Positions 37,532 to 49,700 of a DNA stretch of 64,000 nucleotides are shown one piece after another. The DNA is from Callorhinchus milii. Taxonomy: Eukaryota. The translations under genes and the position numbers were made by a program. The stretch covers positions 1,178,001 to 1,242,000 of the forward strand of contig NW_024704770.1 in assembly GCF_018977255.1 (NCBI RefSeq). Reading direction: 5' to 3'. The number at the start of each line of letters is the position of its first letter. The first letter of the stretch is position 1. The notes beneath the pieces were generated by a model that saw only the letters and a program-made list of their open reading frames with translations, made no database searches and was not told the origin of the DNA.

Positions 37532-37869
37532 CTTCAGGATTTTGAACTCATAAACTAGGCTGACACCCCCAGTGCAATGCTGATGGAGGGGCTGTCCTTT
37601 AGATGAAACGTTAAACCGAGCAAGGGGAAGCTTGCTCGGGTCCCTTCTATCCCTTCATGTGGATGTTAAAGGTCCCATGGCATTATTTGAAAAGAGAAGG
37701 AAGTTTGTCCTGGTGTCCTGGCCAACAATGTTTGGATACTCTTTTGTTATTAAAGTTTGTTGGATTCGGAAATTATGTTAGAAGATTAGGAGGTAGGAAA
37801 TGTGATGTCATTGTTGAAGAAGAGAGGACGGTAACTGGAGGAAGGTCTGTGAGGTAACATTCATTGTGG

Positions 37870-38150
37870 GCAAATTCCTGGAATCCATCCTCAGAACAAA
37901 ATAACTAAGCATCTCGATAAATATTCACAAATCAGTCAGCATGGTTTTATGAAAGGTACATCATACGTAACACACAAACCAAATAGAGTTCTTTTAACAG
38001 AACCACCAAGGTGGGTGATAGTAAAGGAGGATCGATGAATGTTATTTATATTGATTGTCAGAAGGCAGTTCATAAAAGATTCCCAGTTAAAATTAAAGCC
38101 CGTGGAATTGGAGCCAATGTCATGACATGGATAAAGGGTAGGAGGCAGAG
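37870..38150 (+). mobile_element. CR1 RT fragment
   Basis: SQHGFMKG; NVIYIDCQKA; KIKARGIG. Confidence 0.8.
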
Positions 38151-38206
38151 AAGGGTAAAGGGAGACGGTCTCATGGATATCCTCTTTTGTGGCTCAGAGT
38201 ACATCT

Positions 38207-38918
38207 TATACCTGCCAACTCTTAAGGGTTTCCCCACAGAGTACGGGTGTTTAGGTTCATCTAGAGATTTGTGGGAAGCAGAGATCCCACTAGATTTTAA
38301 AATGTATTTCTGTTGATGTCCGCGGCTAAACCGTTCGAAAACATGGAGTGGATTTTTTAGCACGAGAATGGATTTTTAGGCCCCGGAATGATTTCAAGCT
38401 GAAACAAGAATGAGTGCGTTAAATTCAGCATATTACGTGGTTTTCTTTCATGTTAGAATTATAATCAAGTGGTTTTCGGGTACATTTTAACAGAGATGCT
38501 ACTCACCTTGGAATTGCCGGAGCAAGCCCAGTGGGAGAGAGGCCAAACCGTTGCGGGTGCACGAATGGCCTGTGGCCATGGAAGCAGGATAGCTGGGTTA
38601 GGCAAACACAGATTGCCTTACCTGTCAAAACAACAACACACAAGGGTCCTTCATGCCGGGTAGTGTCCCGGACCGAAGAAGTCACCAGCCGCCACTGCAT
38701 TTCAGTGACGAATTCTATAACTTTTGTCTAGTTTTTATGAAGTTTTTAGTCATGAAATTGCTTGAAATACATGCTAAGGAAAATCTGCTTTTTACTTCTG
38801 AGAGATCTTTTGGAAGAAAACAATAAAGCAGGTTCAAATTTATGCTGCTAAAAATCTACTGCTTTCTTAACTTTTGGCTGAACATCTACTGTTTTTTTTC
38901 TCATGGTTGGCAGGTAGG
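38207..38918. mobile_element. Non-autonomous DNA transposon (TIR element) with 6-bp target-site duplication
   Basis: Ends TATACCTGCCAAC and GTTGGCAGGTAGG (11-bp perfect inverted core); ACATCT directly flanks both ends (38201-38206 and 38919-38924). Confidence 0.65.
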
Positions 38919-39164
38919 ACATCTGTTTGTTTTGGCACAAGCCAGAGGGTTCACCAAATCAATGGATAATAATAATAATAATAATCCCTGCATTTGATAT
39001 AGCGCCCAATCACGTCGTTGAGATGTCTCAAAGCGCCTCACAGGATATACTGTGAAGTGTAATTTAAACTGTAGATTATTTCCTCATCTTTTGTAGATGG
39101 ATGATGATAAATTATTTGCTTTGTTGTAAGGTTTGGAAACCAGCATAAACCAGTCTATAATGGG

Positions 39165-39740
39165 ACTTTAGGAATTATCGCTTAGGAAGTAGACCATAAG
39201 GATAAAGAGGTCAAGTTGAATCTGTACAAAACAATGATCAGACCACAGGTGGAATACTGGGTGCAGTTTTGGGCTCCTCATTATAGGAAGGATATTAAGG
39301 CATCGGAGGCAGTGCAGAGAAGATTCACTAGGATGTTGCCCGGAGTGAGGCAAACGCTTACAGTGAAAGACTTGATAAACTTTTTTCTTTTTCTTTGGAG
39401 CTCAGACAGCTGAGTGAGGATGTGACAGAGGTATATAAGGTGATGGGAGGCTTAGAGAGGGTGGATAGGGAAAGATTATTTCAGGGACTCTAGAACAAGA
39501 GGCAGAGTTTTAGAATCAGACCTGGGGAGTCCAGAACAGAGATTAGGAATGGTTGTTGGGCGGCAATCATGTGCACATTAAAAAAAAGACTGAACACATA
39601 GTTAAGAGAGAATAAAGTTAAGGGATATGGAGAAAAGGCCAGGATATGGGACAAGGGATGGGTTCCGGGATATGCACTTTGTGAGGATAAACACTGATTG
39701 GATGGGCCGAATGGCCTGTTTCTGAGTTGTATCATCTATG
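39165..39740 (+). mobile_element. CR1 LINE 3' end
   Basis: NLYKTMIRPQVEYWVQFWAPHYRKDI..E.VQRRFTRMLPG; GATGGGCCGAATGGCCTGTTTC 3'UTR. Confidence 0.92.
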
Positions 39741-40035
39741 TTTTTAGAGCAATATATTGTGTTAAGAGTTTTTTTTAATATGTTTCCCAGAAATGGTGTC
39801 ATTTATATCAGATATGAGACATATTTGTTATGTATGACCATTGCATCAATGGCTGAAGGTTTAGAGGTTAGAGGAAACCTTTTGGAACTAAAGTGACTAT
39901 CAACATGTTATCAAATGTTGTGATTGTGTCTAAGATAGGTAAGAAACACTTAAGAAGTCTATTTGCTTTCACTGCATGGCTTATTTTACTGTGGTGCTTT
40001 AAGTGAAATTTCAACATGGATTGACTTTATACAGT

Positions 40036-40329
40036 ATATAATATAATCCTTGCATTTGATATAGCGCTTTTCATGTCTTCCCAACGCCTCAAAGCACTTC
40101 ACAGAATATACTGTGAAGAGAATTGACTGCATATTTGTGGGCGAAATGCACAAACAAATCATGGATTGAAGTGACCAATTTATTATTGGTTTTGGTTTTG
40201 GAGGGATTATTATTAGGCTCTGTGTGAAGTAAGGAAACTTGCCCAAGGTTTGGCCCTGACCTGCCTAGAATTGAACTCAGGTCTCTCGCTTGCAAAGCGA
40301 GTGCTCTAACCACTGAGCTACACGACTCC
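40036..40329 (-). mobile_element. tRNA-Ala DeuSINE with young body, old-like tail and a Deu deletion
   Basis: ATTATTAGGCTCTGTG short core, but the tail reads GAGGCGTTGGGAAGACATGAAAAG. Confidence 0.88.
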
Positions 40330-41620
40330 ACGAGGTGGGAAAGTGCATCAGGTTTGGTTTATTTTCTGTCAATCACAATGTTTATTCGTGTGCATGGTGC
40401 AAACTACATAAAAATATTTTTTATCTTTTTTATTTGCTTTAGTACAAGTGTATAAAATACAGTTCTACTTCCTTTATTGTGAAAATGTAGTTATCTGAAT
40501 TTAATAAGTCATTTCCTTCCCCCTGCTTTAAAATAAACTCGTCAATTTCAGGAGGAAAGCCATTGTGCAGTTACTCTAGATGCTCAACTTGGTTCATTTC
40601 TTCTGTTCAGTGCACAGGGAAGAGGTTATACGAGTTTAAAGTTGGACAGAATTGTTCATAGGATCCCATTGACTTGAGCAAAGCAGTCACCTGGAAGAGC
40701 AGTGCTTTCACCTCACTATGTGGCCCTGCCCATTCTTTACACTGACATGGTTCTGGAGTCAAGTCACCGCTGGTTACCTGCTTAGATGTAATCATATCCA
40801 ACCACACTTCTTCATCTTCAGTAAGCTCAATCTCGAACAGTAAGGGTCTTATTGCTGGCCCATATGGAGGCGACAGGAAGTGACGCAACATAATTTTGGT
40901 ATCATTTAGTAGCGTGACTGTGGAGGACAAACGTTTTTGCCTTGGTGTTTGCAATCAGCTCCTTGTTTTCTTTAATGAATTGAGATATTACGCAGAAGTC
41001 ATCAGAAGATCATTTATTTTGGTATCAAATGAACACCCTTGCATATACATTGTTGATTGCCATTTAATTTATCATGTTCTTTATCATTCTTTTCCAACAT
41101 TTTCTGATACCTTGACTGCAGTAGTGATTTAAAATAGCATTTTCCTTATAATTGTTTTCACAGTTGTTTATTTCCCCATGAGTAATAACTAGCTTCGCCC
41201 ACAAAACATAGTCAATTCACTTTACATTATATTCTATGAAGCACTTTGAGACATGATAAGGCGTTATATCAAATGCAAGGATTATTATTATTACTGCCTT
41301 AGGTGTTAGCCTGATTCAGTTGGTGACACTCTTGCTTCATTGACTGACACTTTTGCCTACAAACAGTCACTGCACATAATTGACCCAGTGCTAGATGGAA
41401 AGGGAAGTCTCTCTATCGCTACTCTTGATTTAATCTAGCTCGGTGAACGTATGAGACAAGGGTGCCTGAAAATGGAACATGTTACACATATATTTCTGTA
41501 AACCTAGGTAGAGAGGATGGCTAAACGTGTTTTTTTTTCACTGAAGCAAAGATGGTTGAGAAGAGATATAACAGAGATGTTTAAGATACCGAAGGAGCAT
41601 GGCAGGGTAGATCAGGAAAA

Positions 41621-41894
41621 TATAATAATCCTTGCATTTGATATAGCACCTTATCACGTCTTTGAGACGTCTCAAAGTGCTTCTCAGAATATATTATAAA
41701 TTGAATTGACTGCATATTTTTGTGGGTGAAACGCAGCAGCCAATTGCGCACAGCAGTGTCCTACATAATCATGGATTTTTGTTTAAGGGATTATTAAACC
41801 CGGAAATGCGATCCACCAATCGACTGACAATCGGGTTCCTGCTTACTGTCAGGTAAACCTAGGCATATGGAGTAAGCTCATAGCTGTACACTCC
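41621..41894 (-). mobile_element. Old DeuSINE abutting a CR1 fragment (41505-41620)
   Basis: FFSLKQRWLRRDITEMFKI, followed by a SINE tail. Confidence 0.82.
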
Positions 41895-43003
41895 ATATTG
41901 CTTGGTGTCTTTTGAGAATTAAAGTACCTTTCACTCAGTATTCTCAACACATCTTTATAGTTTGGCTCATTGCCAGCATTTGATTCATTCATGTCATCCT
42001 GTTACGCTGTTCCTATTGACAGTCAGCAAGGAATTTAAAGAAGAGGTTTGTGATTTGTATTCGTTTTACTTGTAGTAATGTGTTGAAGAGCTTAATGAGC
42101 ACAAACTACCATTAGGCCCAGATGTATGTTTCTTGACAGACGGGGATCTTTCATGGACATTGCACTGTACATATGTCCATCCCTTCTGATTCCAACCCTC
42201 AGCTTGGGTCCAAATCCCTGATTGTCCAGTGCCTTGGGACATCCTCCCAACATGAAAGACGCTGTGTAAATTTAATCTGTTGTTGTTACAAGAAGAAAGA
42301 TCAGAGAGAAAATATTTTTCAAAACGGGCAGCAGAAATTTTGAGAGAATAACTTTGCGCGCGGCGAAGCTTTGGGTGTTGGCTGGGAGTCGTGTGATGTG
42401 CTGTGCGCTTGAAATGTGGGTGCTGGAGACTTGGATGAACGATGGGGTGACCAGCAGCTGTGCATAGTAAAGTGCTGACCGAAGGCAGTAATAAGCAGCA
42501 AGGATATCGAATCAGTTTGTGCGCTCCATCAAGGGCTCTTCATTGGTCTACACAATGATTCACTCCCGAGCAAAATCTCTCATGATGTGAAGGTCCTGAG
42601 CTGCTGATCTTACAGTTAGGAATCTTTTCATTTGATCCTGTCGCTCGTTTTAAACCCAACAGCGTAGATTTTTTTTATATACCAATTTGAGGTTCAGTTC
42701 TATAACTAATCCATTTCACCAAGCCAGAAAAAGAACTCTGCCGCCAGTAAAAAAAAAAGGTGATTAACAGCAAAAGCATGAATGGGCAGCCACGTCATTA
42801 ACGATGTTAAATCCTTTTTTTGCAAGGCCAGCAAAAGCAGCCTTCAGATCCATTCAGGTGATATATGTGTCTGTCTGTGGCATTACAGAACATGCCAAAA
42901 TCAGCATTGAAAGGTCACCTGGTCTCATCCGCGCTACATTCTCAGCCACTGAAGGTTCACAAATTCAGACCCAAAATGCATACTATTGTACGCATTCCTC
43001 GGG

Positions 43004-43325
43004 TGGGTAGGTTGGTAACCGGAGGACATAGATTTAAGATAATTTGCAAAAGAACCAGAGGGGAGACGAAGAGACTCTGTTTTTTTTAAACCAGAGAGAG
43101 TTGTTGCGATCTGGAATGCACTGCTTGAAAGGGTGTTGGAAACAGATTCAGTAGTAGGTTTCAAAATGGAATTGGACTTGCAAAGGTACTTGAAAAGGAC
43201 AAATTTGCAGGGCTATGGGGTAAGAGCGGGGGAGTGGGATGAGTTGGATAGCTCTTCCAAAGAGCCAGTACAGGCACAATGGGCCGAATGGCCTCCTTCC
43301 ATGCTGTAATATTATATGTTTCTAC
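43004..43325 (+). mobile_element. CR1 LINE 3' end
   Basis: TGGHRFKIICKRTRGET; homologous to 16811-17258. Confidence 0.9.
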
Positions 43326-45229
43326 TTACAGACTACATCCTATATGTACTCACAGTATATGTTGCCTGTGAACTCTTTATCCTGCAATATATTTGATTTT
43401 ATTCATTTGTTTTATGGGACTCTTTCCCTCAGCTGATGGAACAGTTATTTAAAAAAAATCTTTAAATAGCTGTAGCAGTGGCCTTTTCCTGAGCTCCTGA
43501 TGGTATCCTCTACTAAACTACCTCCCTCCCCCTCCAGTCCATTATTCTATGAGAGAAAACTGTTTGCATTTGTGTTCTTGAGCTACCTATTGGAAGGTGC
43601 TGAGCCGTCTTGCTTTCCTATTTTTTTATCCAGGCAGCGTGCTTGAGACATCAATTACACGTAACTCCAGCGGACCCCTTAAACCTTTCAAGTTTACTAT
43701 TTCTATAGCATTACACTGCTGCACTCTCCAGTATCTCTTTTAATACATCAGCTTTTCATACAGCATTGTAAAGCACTGCGTGAAGCTTGAATTACAGTAA
43801 AAAGCATCTTTATTAACCCTCCACTGGGATGGGCACAAATTGACCACAAATCGAGCACTAACACATGCCATTTGTACCCAGGAGATCTTTCAATCTTCCT
43901 GTACAGAACAAAATTCAATTGTTGTTCTGATTGAATGCAAATTTTCGTGCTGCCAGTAGGGCAATTGGCGTGCCAATTTACTGCACATGTTGGACAATAA
44001 CGTACACGAGAATAAAAACACATCGGGGAAAAAAAAAAACCTTTTGACAAAAAAAATTGCTGACAAAGAGCTCTTCCATCCGACTTAGGGATCTGCTTTG
44101 CTGTTTGGTCTCTTGTACGTTTAAATTCTGCAATGCAAGAGAAAGTCCAAAGCTTAAGGAGAGACCTGCTCCAGTAAAAATAAGGAGCCTTAGGGCAAAT
44201 AGCCTTTTCTGTCCTTACTCTCTGGGTAGAAGGGTTTTTTTTTGCTCCAGATGTTTTTTTCACTTGAGGGTAAAAGACTATCATAACTCACAAACTGGGT
44301 GTTTCATGTTGGTGAAAGACACTGGTGAAAGCTCCACTGTAATATATCATTGGGAAATCCCACTCCGCTGATGCGACCGAGATCTAATGCATTCTGGCGG
44401 ATTTTAAATGCGCTATTAATTTATATTCGGTGTGCTTTTATTTTGTATTTATTTGAGGTACAAATAATTTCAAATCCAGCCGATTTCAGGAAAAATTGGG
44501 ACGTTGTTTGACTGTACATTTTTGGCACATAATTTCAGAAGTAGCGGGACTTGAATTAATGCAGCTTGGTAAGAGCATGTTGTGACAAAAATTACAAAGC
44601 ACCACCACGTACAAGAGAGCCGCAAATGCACTGGGAAAACATTTCAGCTGACTAAACTAATTCAACTTATTTTTTTTTCCTCCTTAAAAAGCACAGTTGG
44701 GTAAGAGAATGCTACCTATCTCTGTGGCTGCTGTCTGAGCACGCACATGCTAACTCCCAGCAGACTCTCTGATAGCTTTGTAGATTGGGAAATTTGTCTG
44801 TAATGCCAAGAATTCTAAGAAGAAAGCCTACTTAAGCACATCTCTGTGCGGCACCGCTGCCCCCTGGGATGTTGACTTGAAAATTGCGACCTGTTCCTTA
44901 AATGAATTGGAACAAAACAAACTCCATTGCAGCTTGCTGTGACGCCGACTGCGATCCTGCGCTGTCTTCAAAAAGCCCAAATGAATTGTTGTATTAGGCA
45001 TCAGTATTTAAATGTCGGCTGTAAATGTGCCAGCAAATGGAGATGAAGATAGACAGAGAGGTAGATCTGTATGTCCCTGGTGTCATCTATGGTGGTCTGA
45101 TCTGTGCAGAGTTCTGTCTCTTTATTTTTAAACAATACACCTTTAAAATCTGTCATATAGGAAATGCTGTCATTGAGCCTATTTCAAATTATAAATGGAA
45201 GATGCTATAAAGAGTGCTTAATTGCTACC

Positions 45230-45253
45230 TAATTTGCATAGCTATGCAAATTA
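45230..45253. promoter_or_regulatory. Perfect 24-bp palindrome of two inverted POU octamers
   Basis: TAATTTGCATAGCTATGCAAATTA contains ATTTGCAT-AGCT-ATGCAAAT; function is inferred. Confidence 0.55.
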
Positions 45254-45799
45254 ATGACCTCTCATATGAATAGTAATTTTTCATAAGGTTTTTCAGATGC
45301 ACTTCGAAGTGACTGTAATTAAAAGTAGTGTTGTGTGCAGCTTCCCCCAATAGTCTACTGGGTAAAGCCACTGCCCAACGTAGCATTAAGACAAACAGCA
45401 CAAGATCCTGGTTGGATTCCTGGTCTGTGCTGGATTAGTTAATCTCCGATGGGACAACAGTGCTTTGGATATGCTTGTTGGACTTTTTGGCTGAGATCAA
45501 GCAGTATTCATAATAAAAATCCCTGCATTTGATACAGTGCCTTATCAAAGATTTGAGACATCTCAAAGCGCTTAAGCATATAATACAATGTAGCATCGAC
45601 TGCACTCGGTTACCAAAGTCAATTTCCAGCAAAGATCATTGATTTCTCCCTTTGGCAGGGCAGGTGGATAGCTCGCAGTATTGTTACCGGTATAGAAGCG
45701 GGTGCAACTTTCTGGCCTGACGGGGCTGAAAATAGTTTTGAGTTACGTGAGAACCCGGACAAACGCCCTCCTCAACTCGCTGCCGAGATTCACACAAAG

Positions 45800-45988
45800 T
45801 GAGAGGAACAGGATGGGGTGGGGTGGGGGGTAGAAGAACAGGACAGAGGGAGTAGGGGAGAGAGAGGCAGATGGGGGTAAAGGGAGAAAGAGATAGTGGG
45901 AGGAGGAGCGAAGCAGAGTGAGGGAGAAAGAGGGAAATTGGGGGAGAGTAGACTGAAAAGAGGTGGAATGAAGTGAATGGGAGGGAGT

Positions 45989-46024
<36 letters not shown>

Positions 46025-46100
46025 AAGAGTGAGAGAACTGGGGGAACGGTGGGGAAGTGTACAAAAGAGTCAAGAGTGGTGGGTGGGGGAAGGGTGGCAA
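45800..46100. repeat. Purine-rich low-complexity tract with (GT)n(GA)n microsatellite at ~45987-46035
   Basis: Read directly from the sequence. Confidence 0.9.
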
Positions 46101-46807
46101 AATGGTACTACAGTGACCAATACACATATAACTGTTCACGTAACAATTATTTTAGTTAACCATTATTTTAGTTGGGATGTGGCCAATTTGCATTTTGCAT
46201 GATGTCCAATTATCCACACTGTTTACTTATTCGCAGCTGATTGCAGATAATTGTCTCTCTTATTGTAGTGGCAACAAATCTTAATTCCCACTTTACACAC
46301 TCAGTTTAAATCTAGTGCTAAAATCAGTACTGACCATCGACCATTGTTTGACTGAGCTTTTAGATAGTTTTTTTTTGAACGAGACAGGGTCTCATTTTAT
46401 ATATGCAACATTGAAATGGGATTCTTTTGCTGAACGAGAATGTGTGGAAGCGTGTGTTGGATTGGCTCAGTTGGTAGCATTCTCGCTTCTGAGTCAGAAG
46501 AACCCAATGAATATGATCCAAGACAAACTTCCGTTAATGCCTTCACTTCTTATGCCTCATACAGGTTAGGTTGTTCACTGGGAATATAAATCATTAGGAA
46601 ATGGCTTCTCTGCGGCTTTATTCAGACTGATCTTGTTTGTATGAGGGGATTGATCTGCTGACCTCCACCTCTATTTTCTCAGCAAGCAGTTTAAATATGG
46701 ACTTTCACATTCCAGGTGCTAGTCAGGAGTTAATTAGTTTCCTGTGCGAAAAATAATCCACTATACAAATTTTTGGAAGCTACTATTGCTGCCATTTCAC
46801 ATAAACT

Positions 46808-47100
46808 ATTTGATGTCTCAAAGCGCTTCACAGAATATACTGTAAAGTGAATTGACTATATTTTTGTGGGTGAATTGCAGCAGGTAATTGCGCGCAGCAG
46901 TGTCCCACAAGCAATTGTGGATTGAGTGGCCAAATTTACCTTTAAAGGATTATTACCCCTGGAAAGCGATCCGCCAATCGACTAATCAACCGGGTTCCGA
47001 CTTACTGCTTGGCAAACAGAGGCGTGTGGAGTAAGGAAACTTGCCTAAGGTTTTGCCCTGACCGGGAATCGAACCCGGATTCTCTCACTTGCGAGGCGAG
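46808..47100 (-). mobile_element. tRNA-Ala DeuSINE, old subfamily
   Basis: Long core well preserved; B box GGTTCGATTCCC. Confidence 0.87.
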
Positions 47101-47410
47101 TTCTCCATCCAACCTGTTGGCACGGTGTTTGACCATGGGAACATCACAACCGAGTCCGATCTTGTCCGTACCCAACATCTGTACAGGGATGTTGGGCTAA
47201 GACAACATTTTCTCGCAGGGGTCACTGGAGGGTGAGCAGGAGCAGGAATCCTGCCGAGGGCACTGAGACCAATTAGTGCCCAACTGCTGTCCTGGCTGAG
47301 AACAGTTAATTTAACATAGAACGGGGATTGAAGATGAGACCTTCCAGCTCTGTTGTGCTCAGTTTCACTGAAGGGAGTGAGGAGATTTACCAACTGAGTC
47401 GCTGGGGGAA
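47100..47410 (-). mobile_element. Ancient second-family SINE (same as 7120-7460)
   Basis: GGGGTCACTGGA...CAGGAGCAGGAATCCTG...GGCACTGAGACCAATT...GGCTGAGA. Confidence 0.55.
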
Positions 47411-49509
47411 GCTTGGATTACTATTCTTAAACAAACACACACCAACAGACAGCAGGAACGCACTTTATCAAGCAAGGTTCACACTGTATAATATGAAGCC
47501 AAATAAAAAAAGGGAGAATATGTATTGTTTCTGGTTGATTAAACGGTATTATTTTAGCTGCTTTGAATCTATATGGTTCGATACTGTACTGGTTTAAGAT
47601 GAGCAGTATAAAAGGGAACCCTGTCGATATCCCCCTTCCCTCTGGCAGAACTGCTCACATCAGTAATTATGTGCCTAGGGAATGCGAACAAGAATATGTA
47701 TAATTTACATGAATTTATTATTTTATTGGGAACCATGAGCAAACTATTAATCCTGGGGTAGGTCTCTGAAATAAATAGTTATATTCTAAAGCAGCCTTCA
47801 GTAACGTAAGATCTTCAGGATAAGTCTACAGTCACTGTGTCTGGTTTACAAGGGACGGATTCTTGCACTTTATGTATTTTTTATTATATATACATATTTT
47901 TGTGTGGCTCATTTAATTATTGTTTCTCTGCCTACCCCCCCGCCCCCCCATCTTCACTCATCCAGTGCATAGAGTACATTTCTCCCCGATACCCCATTGT
48001 AATCTTGCTTTCCCATAGTCATTTGTAAGCCTTTTGGATTGCCTACTTGTGTTTTTAGGGCAACATACATTTCAGCAATGACTAAAATTGAATTGTCTGC
48101 TAAAGATGCGTCTTTGACTGCCCATATTCTGTGAAAAGCAAATGATTTAAGCGTACACATGCATTGTTGAAAGGCTGTACAATAAAATAGCTTTTCTTTT
48201 AAAAGCAAAAAAAGTGTAATCATGCTTGGGTTATCAGATGTGTTTGTAAACATCGGAACAACTGTCAATCACGGTGCTGTTTGACTAGGAAGTTCTGCCC
48301 CTTGGGTAAACTGACTAATTAGTTGTAAGGCAAGCTCTGCAGGGCAAGCCGCCTTGGTCTGACAGCGTAGAGGTTTCCAAAACACACTAGCAAGACCCAG
48401 TTACAGGATTCTGAACTTTATCTCAAACCACTCCAAATGAATGTGAATATTGGTGGTGACACATTCACTTACTTAATTATGTGGAACTAGATATCCGTGA
48501 GGTCTTCTGAAGATAGCCTGGCCGCATGGATTTCTGGGTGTTATTTACTGCTCCACTGATCACGTCCAGTTTTCCCACCCAGAATGTATCCGTTCATCTT
48601 GAATGGGGTATAAGAGGTTTTACTTCCACTTTTTAGTCTTGACTGCTTGTTCATCCTTCCTTCGGATAAGATGTTAATCCTTGCATTTGATACAGGGCCT
48701 TATCACATCATTGAGGCATCTCACAGTGCTTCACAGAATACATTGTAAAGTGAATTGACTGTTAAACCAAAGTTTTAACTGACTGTTTTTAGATCACCTA
48801 CTTTTAGGTGACTGTTAAAGATCCTGTGGCACTTGAAAAATATAAGGAAATTTTCATCAGGGGTCCTTATCAGCAATCCTCCAGATAAATAGGTAATTTA
48901 TTTTATGACTGTTTGCGGAACATTGCTGTGTGTGAAAAATGCTTACCATTAAGTCACCTCATTTTGATAATAAAAATTACTATAAAGCACTTTGAGACGT
49001 TTTTGGTGTGACTGCTGATATAAAAATGCAAATTCTTTCTAAGGCGATGATTTCATACGTACTTTTCATTCTTCATACAGCAGCAATAAAATTAGTAAAC
49101 TTTTTTTTGATATTGCTGCGTGGGCAAGCTTTCCCACTGCTTGTCCAGCTAGGACCACCCCACCCTTTAGAGATTTGGCTTGCAGGGTTATCGGGAGCTG
49201 AGTGGGATGACTCCCTGCCCCCGGTGACTGTTCTGCCCTTCCAGGTCCTGGCCACAAGCCAGGCTGGCTGTCCTCCTGACGTAAAAGGCTCTATACAAAT
49301 GTAATTTGTTGTTGTTGTTGCTGTCATCATCAATGCCCTGGAATACTGGGCACCTGCCAAGCTCAGGAACGGGACTACTGATATCGCCACAGAGGGCTGG
49401 CTTGATTCCGACATCCGTTGCCAGGCATGTCATCACCTTAGAGTCAGTTCAGCTGGCTAGTAACCTAATGGGTGAAATTGCAAGATATTTTTCTCAACTC
49501 CCAAAGTGT

Positions 49510-49700
49510 GTCAACCTGGCTCGGTTGGCAGCACTCTTGCATCTGAGTCAGAAGACTGTGACTGTAAGTTCCACGTCGAGACTTTGAATTCACAAGTCTA
49601 GGTTGACACTCCACTGTAGACCTGGGGTACACTGAAATGTTGGAGGTGCCATCCTTTGAATCAGACGTTAAATCGAGATCTCATTTGCCTTCCTGCTTCA
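49510..49700 (+). mobile_element. SacSINE1-like head fragment
   Basis: TGGCTCGGTTGGCAGCACTCTTGCATCTGAGTCAGAAG...CTAGGTTGACACTCCA...GGAGGTGCCATCCTTTG; related pieces at 11820, 46455, 48640 and 50625. Confidence 0.65.

Noticed and set aside
68-40331. Recurrent ORFs MGKFPYSTQSL..., MESCSSVVRALALQ... and MTVYLWANAAANC... that look like a multigene family
   Set aside because: They are translations of the non-coding SINE in different frames
43748-44284. 178-aa minus-strand ORF
   Set aside because: No recognisable domain; it crosses poly-A/T runs and is consistent with chance
44855-44872. CTCF-like CCAGGGGGCAGC on the minus strand
   Set aside because: Lacks the upstream conserved CC positions; a single partial match is not supportable
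45684-46202. ORFs with HTHT/CVCV/RERE runs
   Set aside because: Microsatellite and purine-tract translations
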